Origin: Podarcis liolepis
Taxonomy: Eukaryota
Assembly (NCBI GenBank): GCA_965112155.1
Contig: OZ218098.1
Direction: 5' to 3' (one strand)
Length of the DNA: 64,000 bases
Each line of letters starts with the position of its first letter. Positions within the stretch are counted from its first letter, which is position 1. Both the position numbers and the translations under genes were made by a program. Under the pieces are notes generated by a model that was not told the origin of the DNA, did not search any database, and saw only the letters and a program-made list of their open reading frames with translations. Positions 26,064-38,069 of this stretch are shown here, one piece after another.

Positions 26064-28520
26064 TATTGGGCTTCAGTAGTTTATTTGTTGGTAAACTAAT
26101 TCTAGGTTATTGTTCTTTATGGCTTTGTTTGCAATCTTCCCATATAAATAAGTTGGGTAAAGTGTAGCTTCCACATAATACTGTTTACTGCAGAATTAAT
26201 ATGGTACTGGACCATCCAATAATGGATGCTACCTTTTGTTTGATACTTAAATGAAATCTGTAGAAGGCTTTTGGTGGGCACAGGCCTCATCCATTGCTGT
26301 TAACTTCAAGTAGGAAAATGCAATTAACCTTAATGGGTGATGTTAGGTAAATACCTATTACCATGGGTAGGCTGCCCGGTCCATAAACTCTATACGCCTA
26401 AGTGCAATTGATTATTTCTATGTAGAAAAATGATAATGTGTGAAGTGGTATTCAGAAGCCCTGATTTGTGATAATAGATTGTTCTATTAAATGACCTACG
26501 TAACAATAGCTAACCTTTTTCTTATTTATTCCTTCTGCTTCCTTGTAAGATGGGCCAATCAAGCTTTTCTGTAGGTTCCTTTTTGCTGAGTATTTTAAGT
26601 ACATTTTAATCCCATTTTCTGCTGTCTTCTTCTCCTGTCTTGTTAACCAAATCCATTTGTGTATCACTTTAAAAACTAGCTTGCTGTGTTGTTGCATTCT
26701 CCGAAAGCGTGGGATGTTTGTTTGACTTGTTGTGGTGCAAAAGCTCTGTTTAGGAGAATAGGGGTTTCCTAACAACTCTCCACACCCTTAACAAGCTATA
26801 CTTCTTAAGATTGATTGGGGGAAGCCATGACTGTTTAAAGTTGTGTCATTGCTGTTTTCTATGTGTGGTGTGTATGTGGTCTTGGTTTTTCCATAAAATA
26901 GAAACTCTAAGGCATATCATTGCATGCAGCATTGCATCTTATGTTAGAGACTCATCAAGATCAATCACTTGGCTACCTTCAAACAGAAATATTCATAATA
27001 TACCTTCCCTTCGTGATGTCACCACACATCCAAACAAGTGCATCTTTTAAGCAAATGAGAAGTAGCTTCAAACCTTTGAGTGGATAGTGACATCATCGCA
27101 TAATATCGGGCTCACTGCCTATTAAATTGTAATTCGCAGCTCGAGTTTTGACAGCTGACAAAAGATGTGCAGAAATTTGCTTACAATTAGTGGATGAATT
27201 TGTGGAATCTATTACAAATGTATCCCCAGTCTGAAACTTTGCACAAGGGTTTTGGTGCATTTTAGGGGAAAGGGGGGGAAAGGACAGATAACACGATATT
27301 TGTGGTGTACACATTCCCAGTCATCATACGTGAATAGTGTCCTTTGGGAATGTGAGTTTGCCCATGGTAAAATTCACTAGGTATGCTTTGCTTGACGGTG
27401 GACATAACAACTGCATGTTTCCAACTTCACTTTCTTGGCTAAGTAGCTTCTTCAAAACTGGAGGAGTAAGAAGCAGGGGTTTCTTGACTGTGTGAAGCTT
27501 ACAGAAATGTTAACAATTCACTAATTTAGTTTTAAATTCGTGCTGTCAAATTGATAAACTGCTTGTCCCACTAAATAATAATACACATTGTGGCAAAATA
27601 AGCTAGGATTTTCTCTGGCAATACTTGATACTACCATTGTAGTGCAGGATTTTATCTGCTGTTGCAAAACACTGTGCATTGGAATCCACACTGTGTGTGT
27701 CCAGTTTCAAACTGGAGTTGGTCCTTAATGACATGAAGGTGAGGAAGGAGCTGGTTGAGTTGATTAATTAACCAAATTGCTTAAAGCTTCAGAACCAATT
27801 TAAAACTTCTGCCGTAATTGATGTTTTCAGTGGCAAATGTTCTCTAGAATGTCATTTCCTGAATTTTATGTGCGCGTCCCCTGAACTTCATGAAGATTAA
27901 TGCTTACAGTGAATGAGTTACTAATTGCTGGATATTTCCAGCGATGGACATTTAATCAGTTCCCTTGGCTCTTAGGGTTAGGAAGTTTCTCCACCCCTTA
28001 GTAATTAACCTAAATTTTCCTGCTTCAGCTTATTATTCTTTGTCCACCGGTTAATGGGGAAGGCATGTCTTCAGAGCTGCTTTGGAAAACGTAGCAGACA
28101 ATCACAATGAGAGATGGTCAAAGTAACAAATAATCCAAGAAATGATTGTGCCGAGACTGGAGAGTGTTCTTTTACTGTTTAAAATACAGACTCTGGATTC
28201 TTTAAATCTGCAGCGTAATTTCCCTGGTGGCTGCTGTCAATTCCAATTGCTTTTATTCAGCTTAGAGCTTCTCTTCTTGCATTTCCAAAACACCACTTGC
28301 TTGTTTAGGATTGAGGGCTCATCTACTCTTGCCGTTTGCCCTGCACTTTCTAGGCACAGGTCTGCATTTTCCCGGTCTGTGACTGAGTGCTTCCCCCCAC
28401 CCTTGCTGCTTTCCTCAGGAAAATCCAAGCTTTACTGCTGAATTGGAGCAAGCGGCTATTAGGGTTTTCCATGAAGTTGTTTTCAGTGGTAAAGAATGGG
28501 GGTTTGTGGAGAAAGGACCA

Positions 28521-28575
28521 GGAAGGAAGGAAGGAAGGAAGGAAGGAAGGAAGGAAGGAATTAAGGAAGGAAGGA
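28521..28575. repeat. (GGAA)n microsatellite
   Basis: read directly. Confidence 0.95.
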
Positions 28576-30327
28576 GGAAAACACTCAGACACAGACCTGG
28601 GAAGATTGGACCTGTTGCTAGATATGTGGAGCGAAGCAAAGTGTGGATGAGCCCTGAGTGAGGTTTTCAGCATGGTTATGGACTTTAAACTGGTAGTCCC
28701 AGTGAATCAGTGACACATGGTGCAAATGTAACATGCAACAACTTGGACACTTTATTGATTGATTGTCCAAATGGCCCCAGAGTGTGTTACAAAAAATAGT
28801 ATAATTAAAAGCAAATGCAAACTTTCAAATCCTAGAATAAAACCCAAAACAACCAATGGCAAAACAGCAATCCACAGCGATACTGATCCACTCAGAAAAA
28901 GGCCTTTGTGAAGAGGTGCATCTTGACCAATCACTGAAAGGCTTGCAGTAATGACACAAGACGTGCCTCAGAGTGGAGTTAATTCCACAACCTGGGGGCC
29001 AACACAGGGAAGGCCCTTTGATGAGCCACTGCCACAAAGAATCATATAATCGTAGAGTTGGAAGGGACCCTGTGGATCATCCAGTTCAACCCCCTGCAAT
29101 GCGTGCCACTCCCCCCCCCCCCCCGGACCCTGCTTAGCTTTGCAAATGTGCTAGCAGTTTTATTGCTGCATGAGCCACAGAAGGAGGCAGCACTGCCAAC
29201 AAGGCCTCCCCTGCTAACACCTGGGCAAGTTGATGTGGGAGGAGAAGCTCCTTTAGCTGTCGTGACACTGATCATGCTAAATAAAGGTACAGATCATACA
29301 TTTGCAATCCTAATCAACAGATGCATGTTTGTGTGTACTCGCTTGCTTTTAAAATCTGGAAGGTGTTGTAGGTGCAACATATCACAATATTTTCCTGCTG
29401 GGATTTGGCAGTCTCCAGGCTCATGTCCATCACTCCATAAATGTGGCTGACACCTGACGTTTCACACCTTCTCGATGCTTTGCAATAAACCTCATCCCTA
29501 TCTGCTAATCTTAATTCTCGTGTGGGCACTTGGGCTCCACCTTTCATGAGAGAAAAATACCATATACTCACACTTAGTTTCTTTAATGGAAATGCTGAAC
29601 CGGAGAATCCATTGAGCAATCGCTCCAACTTCAAGTAAGGCAGAAAATGAGCTGCTCTCTACAGGAAGGGGAGGAGCTCACATCTGGAAAATGATGATGT
29701 CTTCTGCCTCTTAAATGGAGTGAGGCTAGACAGCGCTCACCGGTTAGTGCCCCCTAAGAAACACCCTTCCGTTGAGTACCACTGGTGCCTTTTACACATT
29801 TAATGGAGACTGGAAACTTGAGTCATGTTTCTATGATTTTTAGGTAAATGTATGGTTGCTCTTCCTTAAATAGGCAACTCCACATGATTTCATCCAATAA
29901 TCAGGCAATGTTCTTGTGTTGGGTTAATTTTAGTGCGGTCAGAAGAATAACAGTAGACCATCACAGGACGTAGCTAAAATCACGTGGGTAAATAGAGTAC
30001 AATTTTATAGACTTCCTGTAGTGATTGAATCGTGTGTTCTCATCAAATATAGGAAAAATAGGCACAATTGTAACAAAACATGCTTGCTCTTGTCAAACCT
30101 TTGCATGAATGATAGGCAAACCTCCTGAATTAGAGAGAGAAATTGTCTCTTCTCTTCAATATTTCCAGCCTGCCCAAATTTTCCCCAACACTTTACAGTA
30201 TTTGTTTAGTTCTCGTCAGGCCTCCTCCAGTGTTGAAGTGCCATCCCCCATAAGTACTTCTGGATTGCTCAAGAGGTTTGTTGCCTTTTTCTGAAATGTG
30301 AACTTGTACTCTCTGCTTTGCTTAAAG

Positions 30328-30452
30328 CTGTGAAAATCAAGAAGCCAATTAAGACAAAGTTCCGCATGCCAGTTTTTAACTGGGTGGCTCTGAAACCCAA
30401 TCAGATTAACGGGACAGTCTTCAATGAAATTGATGACGAAAGGATATTGGAG
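30328..30452 (+). CDS. FMNL2: FMNL2 coding exon (~exon 16, start of FH2)
   Basis: cttaaag|CT GTG AAA...TTG GAG|gtatga; 125 nt; [42 protein letters not shown]; AAG acceptor. Confidence 0.94.
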
Positions 30453-30845
30453 GTATGAGACCTGCAGATTGTGATTTGGTGTTCTCTTTCTCTCTCTGTG
30501 TGTGTCTGTCTGTCTCTGTGTTTTGGAAGTTACTGTATCCTGTTAAAAAGCAGTTATTTTGACCTTGCATCATACGTACTTAAAGAGTTTTAAACACTCT
30601 GTTTGATGGTCTTGTTGACATTAAAGTAACTAGAGTCCTATTCTGCTGTGCTACGTGCAGTATCTTTGCTAAACTTGCAATGGACCAAGAAACTTTGCAG
30701 AGCATCAAAGCCTTCTCCTCGTCACACAGTCACCTCTCCCTTTCCCAATGCTCTACAGCTTCTACACTTTTCATTAATTGCACCCCCCCCCCATTAGACA
30801 TAGATTTCTAGACTCCTTCTTGTTTCTGTTTGGTTTCTGTTCTAG

Positions 30846-31045
30846 GATTTAAATGTGGATGAATTTGAAGAAATATTCAAGACAAAAGCCCAAGGCCCAG
30901 CCATTGATCTTTCTTCAAGCAAGCAAATAACTCAAAAGGGATCGAACAAAGTCACGCTTTTGGAAGCAAACAGGGCTAAAAATCTTGCGATCACCTTAAG
31001 GAAAGCTGGAAAGACCGCAGATGAGATATGCAAAGCTATTCAGGC
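30846..31045 (+). CDS. FMNL2: FMNL2 coding exon (~exon 17, FH2)
   Basis: tctag|GAT TTA...CAG GC|gtaagt; 200 nt; [18 protein letters not shown]...[27 protein letters not shown]. Confidence 0.95.
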
Positions 31046-32733
31046 GTAAGTGTAAAGGCTGTTTTACAAATGTGGTTTGAGGCACGTTGTATTAATAGGT
31101 CAGCAGTATTTCTGCAAGTTGCTTAGATCCAAGGAAGATCCTCATATGCCAGTAATGCTCATATATGCAGTTGATCACCATAAAGCTGTTAAGCTGTGCA
31201 CACTTTTCTGGAGTAAGCCCGTTGGATTTTGCTTACTCTGCATATATCACAGTAACACGGGGCAGGATTCACCTAATGAATCCAGTCAGTGGACGGCCTG
31301 AACAAAGACTTCTACTTGTGCAATGGGACTTTCCCCCCCTCTATTACACCTCCCCTCCCAAACTGGTCTTGGGGGTTTGGGAGAACCCCCAGAACAATGT
31401 GCAGAGAGAGAGGGGGTTGTTTCATCTGGCAAGCTGTGAGGGAAGGACTGCCTTTATGCAATGTTGAATTCCTTCCATTATGAGAACTGTAAAAACCAAC
31501 TGGTGGTTTTCTGAAGAATGTTGTTCGTATTTTTCATCTATATTTCTTGTCATGCAAGGCTTTCATTTCTAGCAGCAATTTAAACACTGTTGTGAGATAA
31601 ATATGGTAGCTATTAAAGGACTGGGAAAGGGCTAGGTTAGCCCCCTCTCCTCTTCACAGTGTTTGAATTGAGTCCAAGCGTCTTGAATGAAATGCAGATT
31701 GGTGTTGTGGTGTTTAGGCTGTGTCTGCAAATACTCAACTGGCAATAATAAAATGATCCAGTAAAACACTTTTAAAGTACCTGAAAGTCATAATGCTAAA
31801 AACACTTCAGTGCAATGGTCATGCTGACAGCCATTCGTTTTTAAAGTCTTGCAGAAGCTGTCTTGCAGGAATGTGCTTTGCATTTCTTTCAGAAGAGTGG
31901 AGTGCAGACTGATTTCCTGCAGTAAACCCTTCTCTGTGTTTGAGGTTACCACAGTGAAGGCGCTCCTTTCCCCTATGTCCTCCCTCTTCCATTAATGTAC
32001 AAATTCTCAGCTGAGCTTGCTGGGAGATGCTAAAGGGTCGTGGGAGCACTTCCTACAGGAGGAAGCACACACCCAAATTAAGGAGCATGAAAGGATAAAG
32101 CCAGCATTTTGAGATTCAGTGCAAATGGCACCTGTGTGTAGGCTACAAATCTCAATTAAAGGGATTTGCCTTTTTTCTGCTCCTATTTACATAAAGTTCA
32201 TTATGCTTGTTGCAATTGTGTTTTTTTAGCAGCTTTAAAAATACGATTACTTGGTTTTCAGGGTGCTTCCCAGAGCAATATATAAAAAGCAACCAAGAGA
32301 GTTCTCAGTGCAGTCCTAACCACCTATATTCAGAATTTTAAAAATCCCAAGTGCCGCTTCACACTTAATATGGTAATTGTTTGCTGCGATTGTACCTGGC
32401 TTACAGTGGTGCTTCCTACAGCAAATACGTAAAATGTCAGTAACTTGTGCATGTCTTTCACTTACAGATACCCATATTCAAGTACTTAGGGACACACATC
32501 TATTCACACTTCGCATATTGACTGCCAAAATTGCCAGTGTGAAATAATTGCGCCCACAGTTAACATGATTATTGCATTAAGTATGCCTTGTCTGTAGAAT
32601 TGATTAGTAGCTTTAATAAGATGCATTGATAAGAGGAACTGAGTGAAAACAGAGCTCTCTGCCTCTTCCTTCCCTGTAAACAACTCTTCTTTTAAATATA
32701 TTTATATATTTATATATTTTTGCATTTGGCCAG

Positions 32734-32968
32734 GTTTGATTTGAAGACTCTACCAGTGGATTTTGTCGAATGCCTGATGAGATTTTTGCCCACGGAAAAT
32801 GAAGTGAAAATGTTGCGGCTTTACGAGCGGGAGAGGAAGCCCCTTGAGAACCTCTCAGATGAGGATCGTTTCATGATGCAGTTCAGCAAGATTGAGAGGC
32901 TGATGCAAAAGATGACCATCATGGCATTCGTTGGCAATTTTGCAGAAAGCATCCAGATGCTGACTCCA
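32734..32968 (+). CDS. FMNL2: FMNL2 coding exon (~exon 18, FH2)
   Basis: gccag|G TTT GAT...ACT CCA|gtgagt; 235 nt; [23 protein letters not shown]...[11 protein letters not shown]. Confidence 0.95.
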
Positions 32969-33974
32969 GTGAGTGAGACGGGGAGAGTAGCTCCTTCTTG
33001 AATGGAATTCCATGGCGTGGCTTATGCATGTGCTACATTCCTTTTGGAGCAGTTTGTTTGTTAGAGATGGGCTGAAGTTATCCCCTGCTTGATCATAGAA
33101 TTGTAGAGTTGGAAGGGAACCCAAGGGCCATCTAGTCCAACCCCCCGCAGTGCAGGAATATTTGCTTATCTTTGACACATTACCTGTAGCAGCTGCCTGG
33201 AACTACATGGTGATAAGTTCATTGTGCACCATTGCTTGCTTGCCTCTTTCTGATCCCATCGGGGCCGTCATCCTAAATTTTGTGAGCAAAGGTCTACTCA
33301 AGGCATAAGGCAATATCTCCTCTCCCTTCATGTTGCTGTACCCTTAAAAAAACCTGTCCCTGAGTTTTGGCACGTGCTCCAGAATAGTATGGGATGTAGC
33401 AAAGGACCGTAGCAAGCCAGTGGGTATCAACAACAGCACCCTCTCTTGTGTATGCAGGATTGCCTTTCTGGTTCAGATCCAATCAGTTGTAAATAGTCAT
33501 TTGCCATGATTCTGACCCAAGCACTATTTGGGCATTCAAGCTCACACAGTGTGAGTGCACAGCACTTGGGGTCACATGTGTTTCCCTCCCCATGTCATTG
33601 TGGCCCACGCCAGCCCCTCCCCAATGAGAGGATATGCATGTTTGAGAGGATATCAGCAGCCTACCAAACATTTGTAGGCTCTCCTTGTGACCTGCAATCC
33701 TGAGTGCTCATGAGGACAGTCTACATGCATTTGGAAGGCTGACCCTCCAGGCATCCTCCCAAATACCTCAAGCATCATTAGGGAGGGCCTGGTGTGAGAT
33801 GCTGGGGTGAAGGACTGTGACTTGGCTCATCCAGTTAGTATTCCGTGAACCTTAATGTCTGACTAAGGCTACACATACACAACCTGTCCCTCTTGCAGAA
33901 GCCAGTGGGTGTCCATTTTTAGTTCACACTTGGCTTTTACAGATGTTCACATGATTTCTTGTTTTTGCCTCTAG

Positions 33975-34043
33975 CAACTTCATGCAATAATTGCAGCATC
34001 TGTCTCAATAAAGTCATCTCAGAAACTCAAGAAAATCCTGGAG
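33975..34043 (+). CDS. FMNL2: FMNL2 coding exon (~exon 19, FH2), ends at a GC donor
   Basis: ctctag|CAA CTT...CTG GAG|gcaagt; 69 nt; QLHAIIAASVSIKSSQKLKKILE, joins [10 protein letters not shown] in frame. Confidence 0.92.
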
Positions 34044-34239
34044 GCAAGTGTTTATTTTGTTTATTCAATGCTGCTGTTTTTTTTTTTTTTAAAAATGGTG
34101 GTAAAAACACACACCCTTAAACAGTGGTCTTTAGGGGGCTATATATTTAAGTTAAAATGACCCATTTCCTTTTTATTACAGAATGTTATGTGTTATTAGT
34201 TGATGCTTACAATTTTTCCCACCCCTATGATTTCCATAG

Positions 34240-34320
34240 ATAATCTTGGCTCTGGGTAACTATATGAACAGCAGTAAACGAGGAGCTGTTTATGGATTTA
34301 AACTGCAGAGCTTAGATCTG
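34240..34320 (+). CDS. FMNL2: FMNL2 coding exon (~exon 20, FH2 GNYMN motif)
   Basis: ccatag|ATA ATC...GAT CTG|gtaagt; 81 nt; [27 protein letters not shown]; GNYMN is the FH2 signature. Confidence 0.96.
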
Positions 34321-35163
34321 GTAAGTAAGGGGAAATCTACCCCCAGTGGACTTGAAAGTAGCTTTGCTTGGAAGATTGTTTGCACATCCCCATTTATTTG
34401 CATGGCCTGTATGAACAACAGTGGTTTAAGCATCCTTTTAGTGAGTTGTCAATGAGCTAGGGAAGGAATGGAGCCATTGGCTTAGTTTTCTAATGTCATA
34501 TTGTCAAGACAAAGGTAAATTTCAGTTCCCCATAACTTCATTTCCCTCCCCTGGTTAAACTCTTCCTTACCACTAACTGCATCAGGTAGACCTCCTGTAC
34601 AGATTTGCAATGGCTGAGAAGTCTGTTTAGCACTGCCCTGTCTTTTCTGCCAGTTCTAGTTATGAGTCTCTCCACTTTCTGGATAATAGCATTGGGCCAT
34701 TCATAAAAGCAATATGTGATGGACCCTGTTGCTAGGGGTGGGGAATGAATGCCTCTAATGACCTGTAATAAACAATAATTACCAGCGCTATGAAAATACA
34801 CCGGACAGATTTAATAAGATGACAACCTCGATTGCTTTAATGGCCTATAGTTTTCCGGATTCAGATTATTCTTTTACTTGTGGTCGTCTTCTGACAATAT
34901 GATGAATTATCATGTTTAAGTAACATAAATAAATACAAAACTATGGGCAACAATTGGAGGGGTCCTAAAATCCTTTACCTGTGGTCCTCCATGTTATTGG
35001 ACCTCAGTTCCCATTAACATGGCGAATGATGAGGGATGATGAGAGTTCTGGTGCAACATCATCTCAAGAGTCACATGTTCCCCTCCCCTGACCTGTAACA
35101 TTCATACAGGGCTATGATATCTTCATTGCATTGCACTTACTTCATTGTGTCATGTGTCTATTT

Positions 35164-35275
35164 CAGGGTGGCTAACCAGTGACCCTCCAGATGTTGTGGA
35201 CTCCAACTCCCATCAGCCCCAGGGGTGGTGGGATTGTAACTCAGCCACATCTGGAGAGTTATAGCTTTTCCACCC
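35164..35275. mobile_element. Degenerate hAT-type MITE (similar copies near 4370, 8165, 34970, 38935, 53440, 58700)
   Basis: shared core CCTCCAGATGTTG-GGACT-CAACTCCCATCA...CATCTGGAG. Confidence 0.6.
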
Positions 35276-35372
35276 TTGGTATATAGGCAGATCATGGGTT
35301 GGCTGCTAAGGAAAGTTAACTCAAGGATGTTGAAGCTGAATCTAACATACTTCTTTTGCCTCTTCTTTGCAG

Positions 35373-35502
35373 TTACTAGACACAAAATCGACAGACAGGA
35401 AACAAACTCTATTGCACTATATATCAAATGTTGTGAGAGAGAAATATCAGCAAGTATCGCTTTTTTACAATGAGCTTCACTATGTGGAGAAAGCTGCTGC
35501 AG
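35373..35502 (+). CDS. FMNL2: FMNL2 coding exon (~exon 21, FH2)
   Basis: ttgcag|TTA CTA...GCT GCA G|gtaaca; 130 nt; [43 protein letters not shown]. Confidence 0.95.
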
Positions 35503-36459
35503 GTAACATAGCCACACACTCATTTCCCAAGTACTTAAAAGCAGGTTCAGATATGTTCTGTGGATACTGTAATACAGTAATGCACCCATGTCCTAGGGAA
35601 AGCTACCTGTTTGGAAAAGATACCACCTTGCAGAAGACAGGTGGGCATCTTAAATGTTATGGGCACAATAGGATACAGAAGCATCATAATTTTCAAATGC
35701 CTTCTTGGTTCTTCTAGCACACTGTTCCCTAAAGCTGACAGGAGCCTTTCCTCTTTTCAGTAATTGGGCTTCCTTCATTGCTCCCACACAGTTTGTGTAA
35801 AGTCCTTAACTTCAGGTGCAAGAGGTGCACATCCTGTTGGAAGGCACGTCTTGTAAATGTTGTGTGAACATACTGAACAGAAAGGATCCTTCCGACTGAA
35901 ATCTTTATATGTACAGAAATCTTTACTTGGAAGGGGTAGCGAGGCCCTGCCCACCTGCCAAAATGGCCCACGAGAGGTGTAGGAGGTCAGATCCTATTCT
36001 CCTCCTCTGTTCTGCATGGTCAGGGTAGAAACTGTATAGGAGGCATCAGCCCTACTGGAGCATGTGCATCTATATTGTAAAGGTGGTTTAAAACAATACC
36101 TTCCCTGAACTACTCACCTTCCCTTTTGTTTGATGCATCTGCCCCCAATCCCATCTCATTCCTAGCCTTTCTGTTTCGTTCCAGTTTTGTCTCTTGGATG
36201 CAAAATATAAGCTCGCTGGCCTGCAGTTCTGTCTTGTGTGTGTGAGAGAGACCCTCCATTGTTGGCTTCTCAATTTTAATAGTAGTAGCAGGAACAACAA
36301 CCACATGTTAACAGAGATTCGCCAATTAAAACTATCCAGGGTCTCAGGCAGCTATATCGCCAGGCTTTGCTACATGAGATCTGTCAAACTGGAGATGTTA
36401 GGGATCAATTAGGCAATGCGTAGTAACATTTTGAATGTCTTTCCCCTTCCACCCTTTAG

Positions 36460-36623
36460 TATCCCTTGAAAATGTTCTGTTGGATGTAAAGGAACTCCAA
36501 AGAGGTCTCGACTTAACGAAGCGAGAGTACACCATGCACGATCACAACACCATGCTGAAGGAGTTTATTCAGAACAATGAAGGGAAACTGAAGAAGCTGC
36601 AGGATGATGCAAAAATAGCTCAG
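36460..36623 (+). CDS. FMNL2: FMNL2 coding exon (~exon 22, FH2)
   Basis: ctttag|TA TCC...GCT CAG|gtattc; 164 nt; [55 protein letters not shown]. Confidence 0.95.
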
Positions 36624-37006
36624 GTATTCTGTGTATCCCAGCAGTTGTTCAGTGGTCTAGCTTTCAGGAACGGAGAACTTTTGTTACCTTTTTCAAGCTC
36701 AAAGATGTTCCTTTAGGAGTAGGCAGGACAAGTATTCACTGATTCCGCTGTTCTAGTGTAGTGTTGTGTTGTATAGTTAAGTGTGTCCAAATGAGTGAGC
36801 TTAGGCCAGTCATTCCCCCTCAGGGGGAATAGAAAGGGAACAATAAATGCTTCTCTGTCTGCTTGAAGAAGGAAGGGTGGTTGAAAAAAACAATAGAATG
36901 TGTTTATTCTTTTGCAGTATTGATGTGACATCTGTCACTGAGAGTGACTTCACACCTTATGCAATAGCATTTCATTCAGTGGCATGTGCAATCATGCACC
37001 CTTAAA

Positions 37007-37008
<2 letters not shown>

Positions 37009-37090
<82 letters not shown>
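37009..37090. repeat. (CT)n microsatellite
   Basis: read directly. Confidence 0.95.
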
Positions 37091-37609
37091 ACACAGCTAT
37101 TTTCCAGGGGAAACACACAGATACTTAATGTTTACTAGCTCCACTCAAGTTTCATTATTTATTTTCTTGGTTAAAATAATAATGGTAGAAAGAAACAAGT
37201 TTCTTCCTTTTATCTGTTCTGAATCTGCAAAAGGCAAAAATGGTTAAGTAATCCCAGGACAAGAGGGCAATTAACAGCAGTACATGGCAGAACTTCAAAA
37301 TGCATATTTTCAAACTGCAAGTTTATACTTGGAACTGGGATTTTTCTTGCTTCCTAAGGAAAGACCTGAAATTGCGCACTTTGCAAAACAGGTTGCAGAG
37401 CAGGCCTCCCTTCTGTTGCACTGGTAATAAAGGCTCCAGTGCACCTACCCTCTTGTCTCTGCTGCTTCCTTCCTGATTCCTTGCCACCTGATCAGCCTTC
37501 CGCTTGTAGGGAGTGGTTCCCTTTTCGTGGGTTAAACACCATCTTGCATAGTTTGGGATTTGTTGAAATGAAATATATATATATATGTTAATAAGTCTCT
37601 CTTTTACAG

Positions 37610-37711
37610 GATGCGTTTGATGATGCTGTGAAGTATTTTGGAGAGAATCCCAAGACAACACCTCCATCAGTCTTCTTCCCAGTCTTTGTTCGATTTGTGA
37701 AAGCTTACAAG
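37610..37711 (+). CDS. FMNL2: FMNL2 coding exon (~exon 23, FH2)
   Basis: ttacag|GAT GCG...TAC AAG|gtaaac; 102 nt; [34 protein letters not shown]. Confidence 0.95.
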
Positions 37712-37721
37712 GTAAACAGAA

Positions 37722-37963
37722 CAGATAGGTAGCCGTGTTGGTCTGCCATAGTCAAAATAAAAAAATTCCTTCCAGTAGCACCTTAAAGACCAACTAAGTT
37801 AGTTCTTGGTATGAGCTTTCGTGTGCATGCACACTTCTTCAGATACTTCTTCAGTTACTTCTTCAGGTATCTGAAGAAGTGTGCATGCACACGAAAGCTC
37901 ATACCAAGAACTAACTTAGTTGGTCTTTAAGATGCTACTGGAAGGAATTTTTTTATTTTGACT
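37722..37963. mobile_element. Penelope-like element remnant (inverted terminal repeat foldback)
   Basis: 97-bp inverted arms 37750-37846 and 37867-37963 (1 mismatch); flanked by the 13-bp direct repeat AAGGTAAACAGAA; same family as 62806-62980. Confidence 0.75.
37867..37904 (+). ncRNA. Minimal type I hammerhead ribozyme motif (Penelope-type)
   Basis: GUAU-CUGAAGA-A-GUGUGC(AU)GCACAC-GAA-AGCU-C-AUAC: stem I, CUGANGA core, stem II, GAAA, palindromic stem III, NUH site; mirror copy on minus at 37809-37846. Confidence 0.7.
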
Positions 37964-38069
37964 AAGGTAAACAGAAGTTCAGTTCACTTCTGTTATTCTT
38001 ACAAATGTGGCCACACTTTCTAACCAAAGGCTTCCGCTGTGGTTTTGTAGTTTCCTTAGCAAATACACA

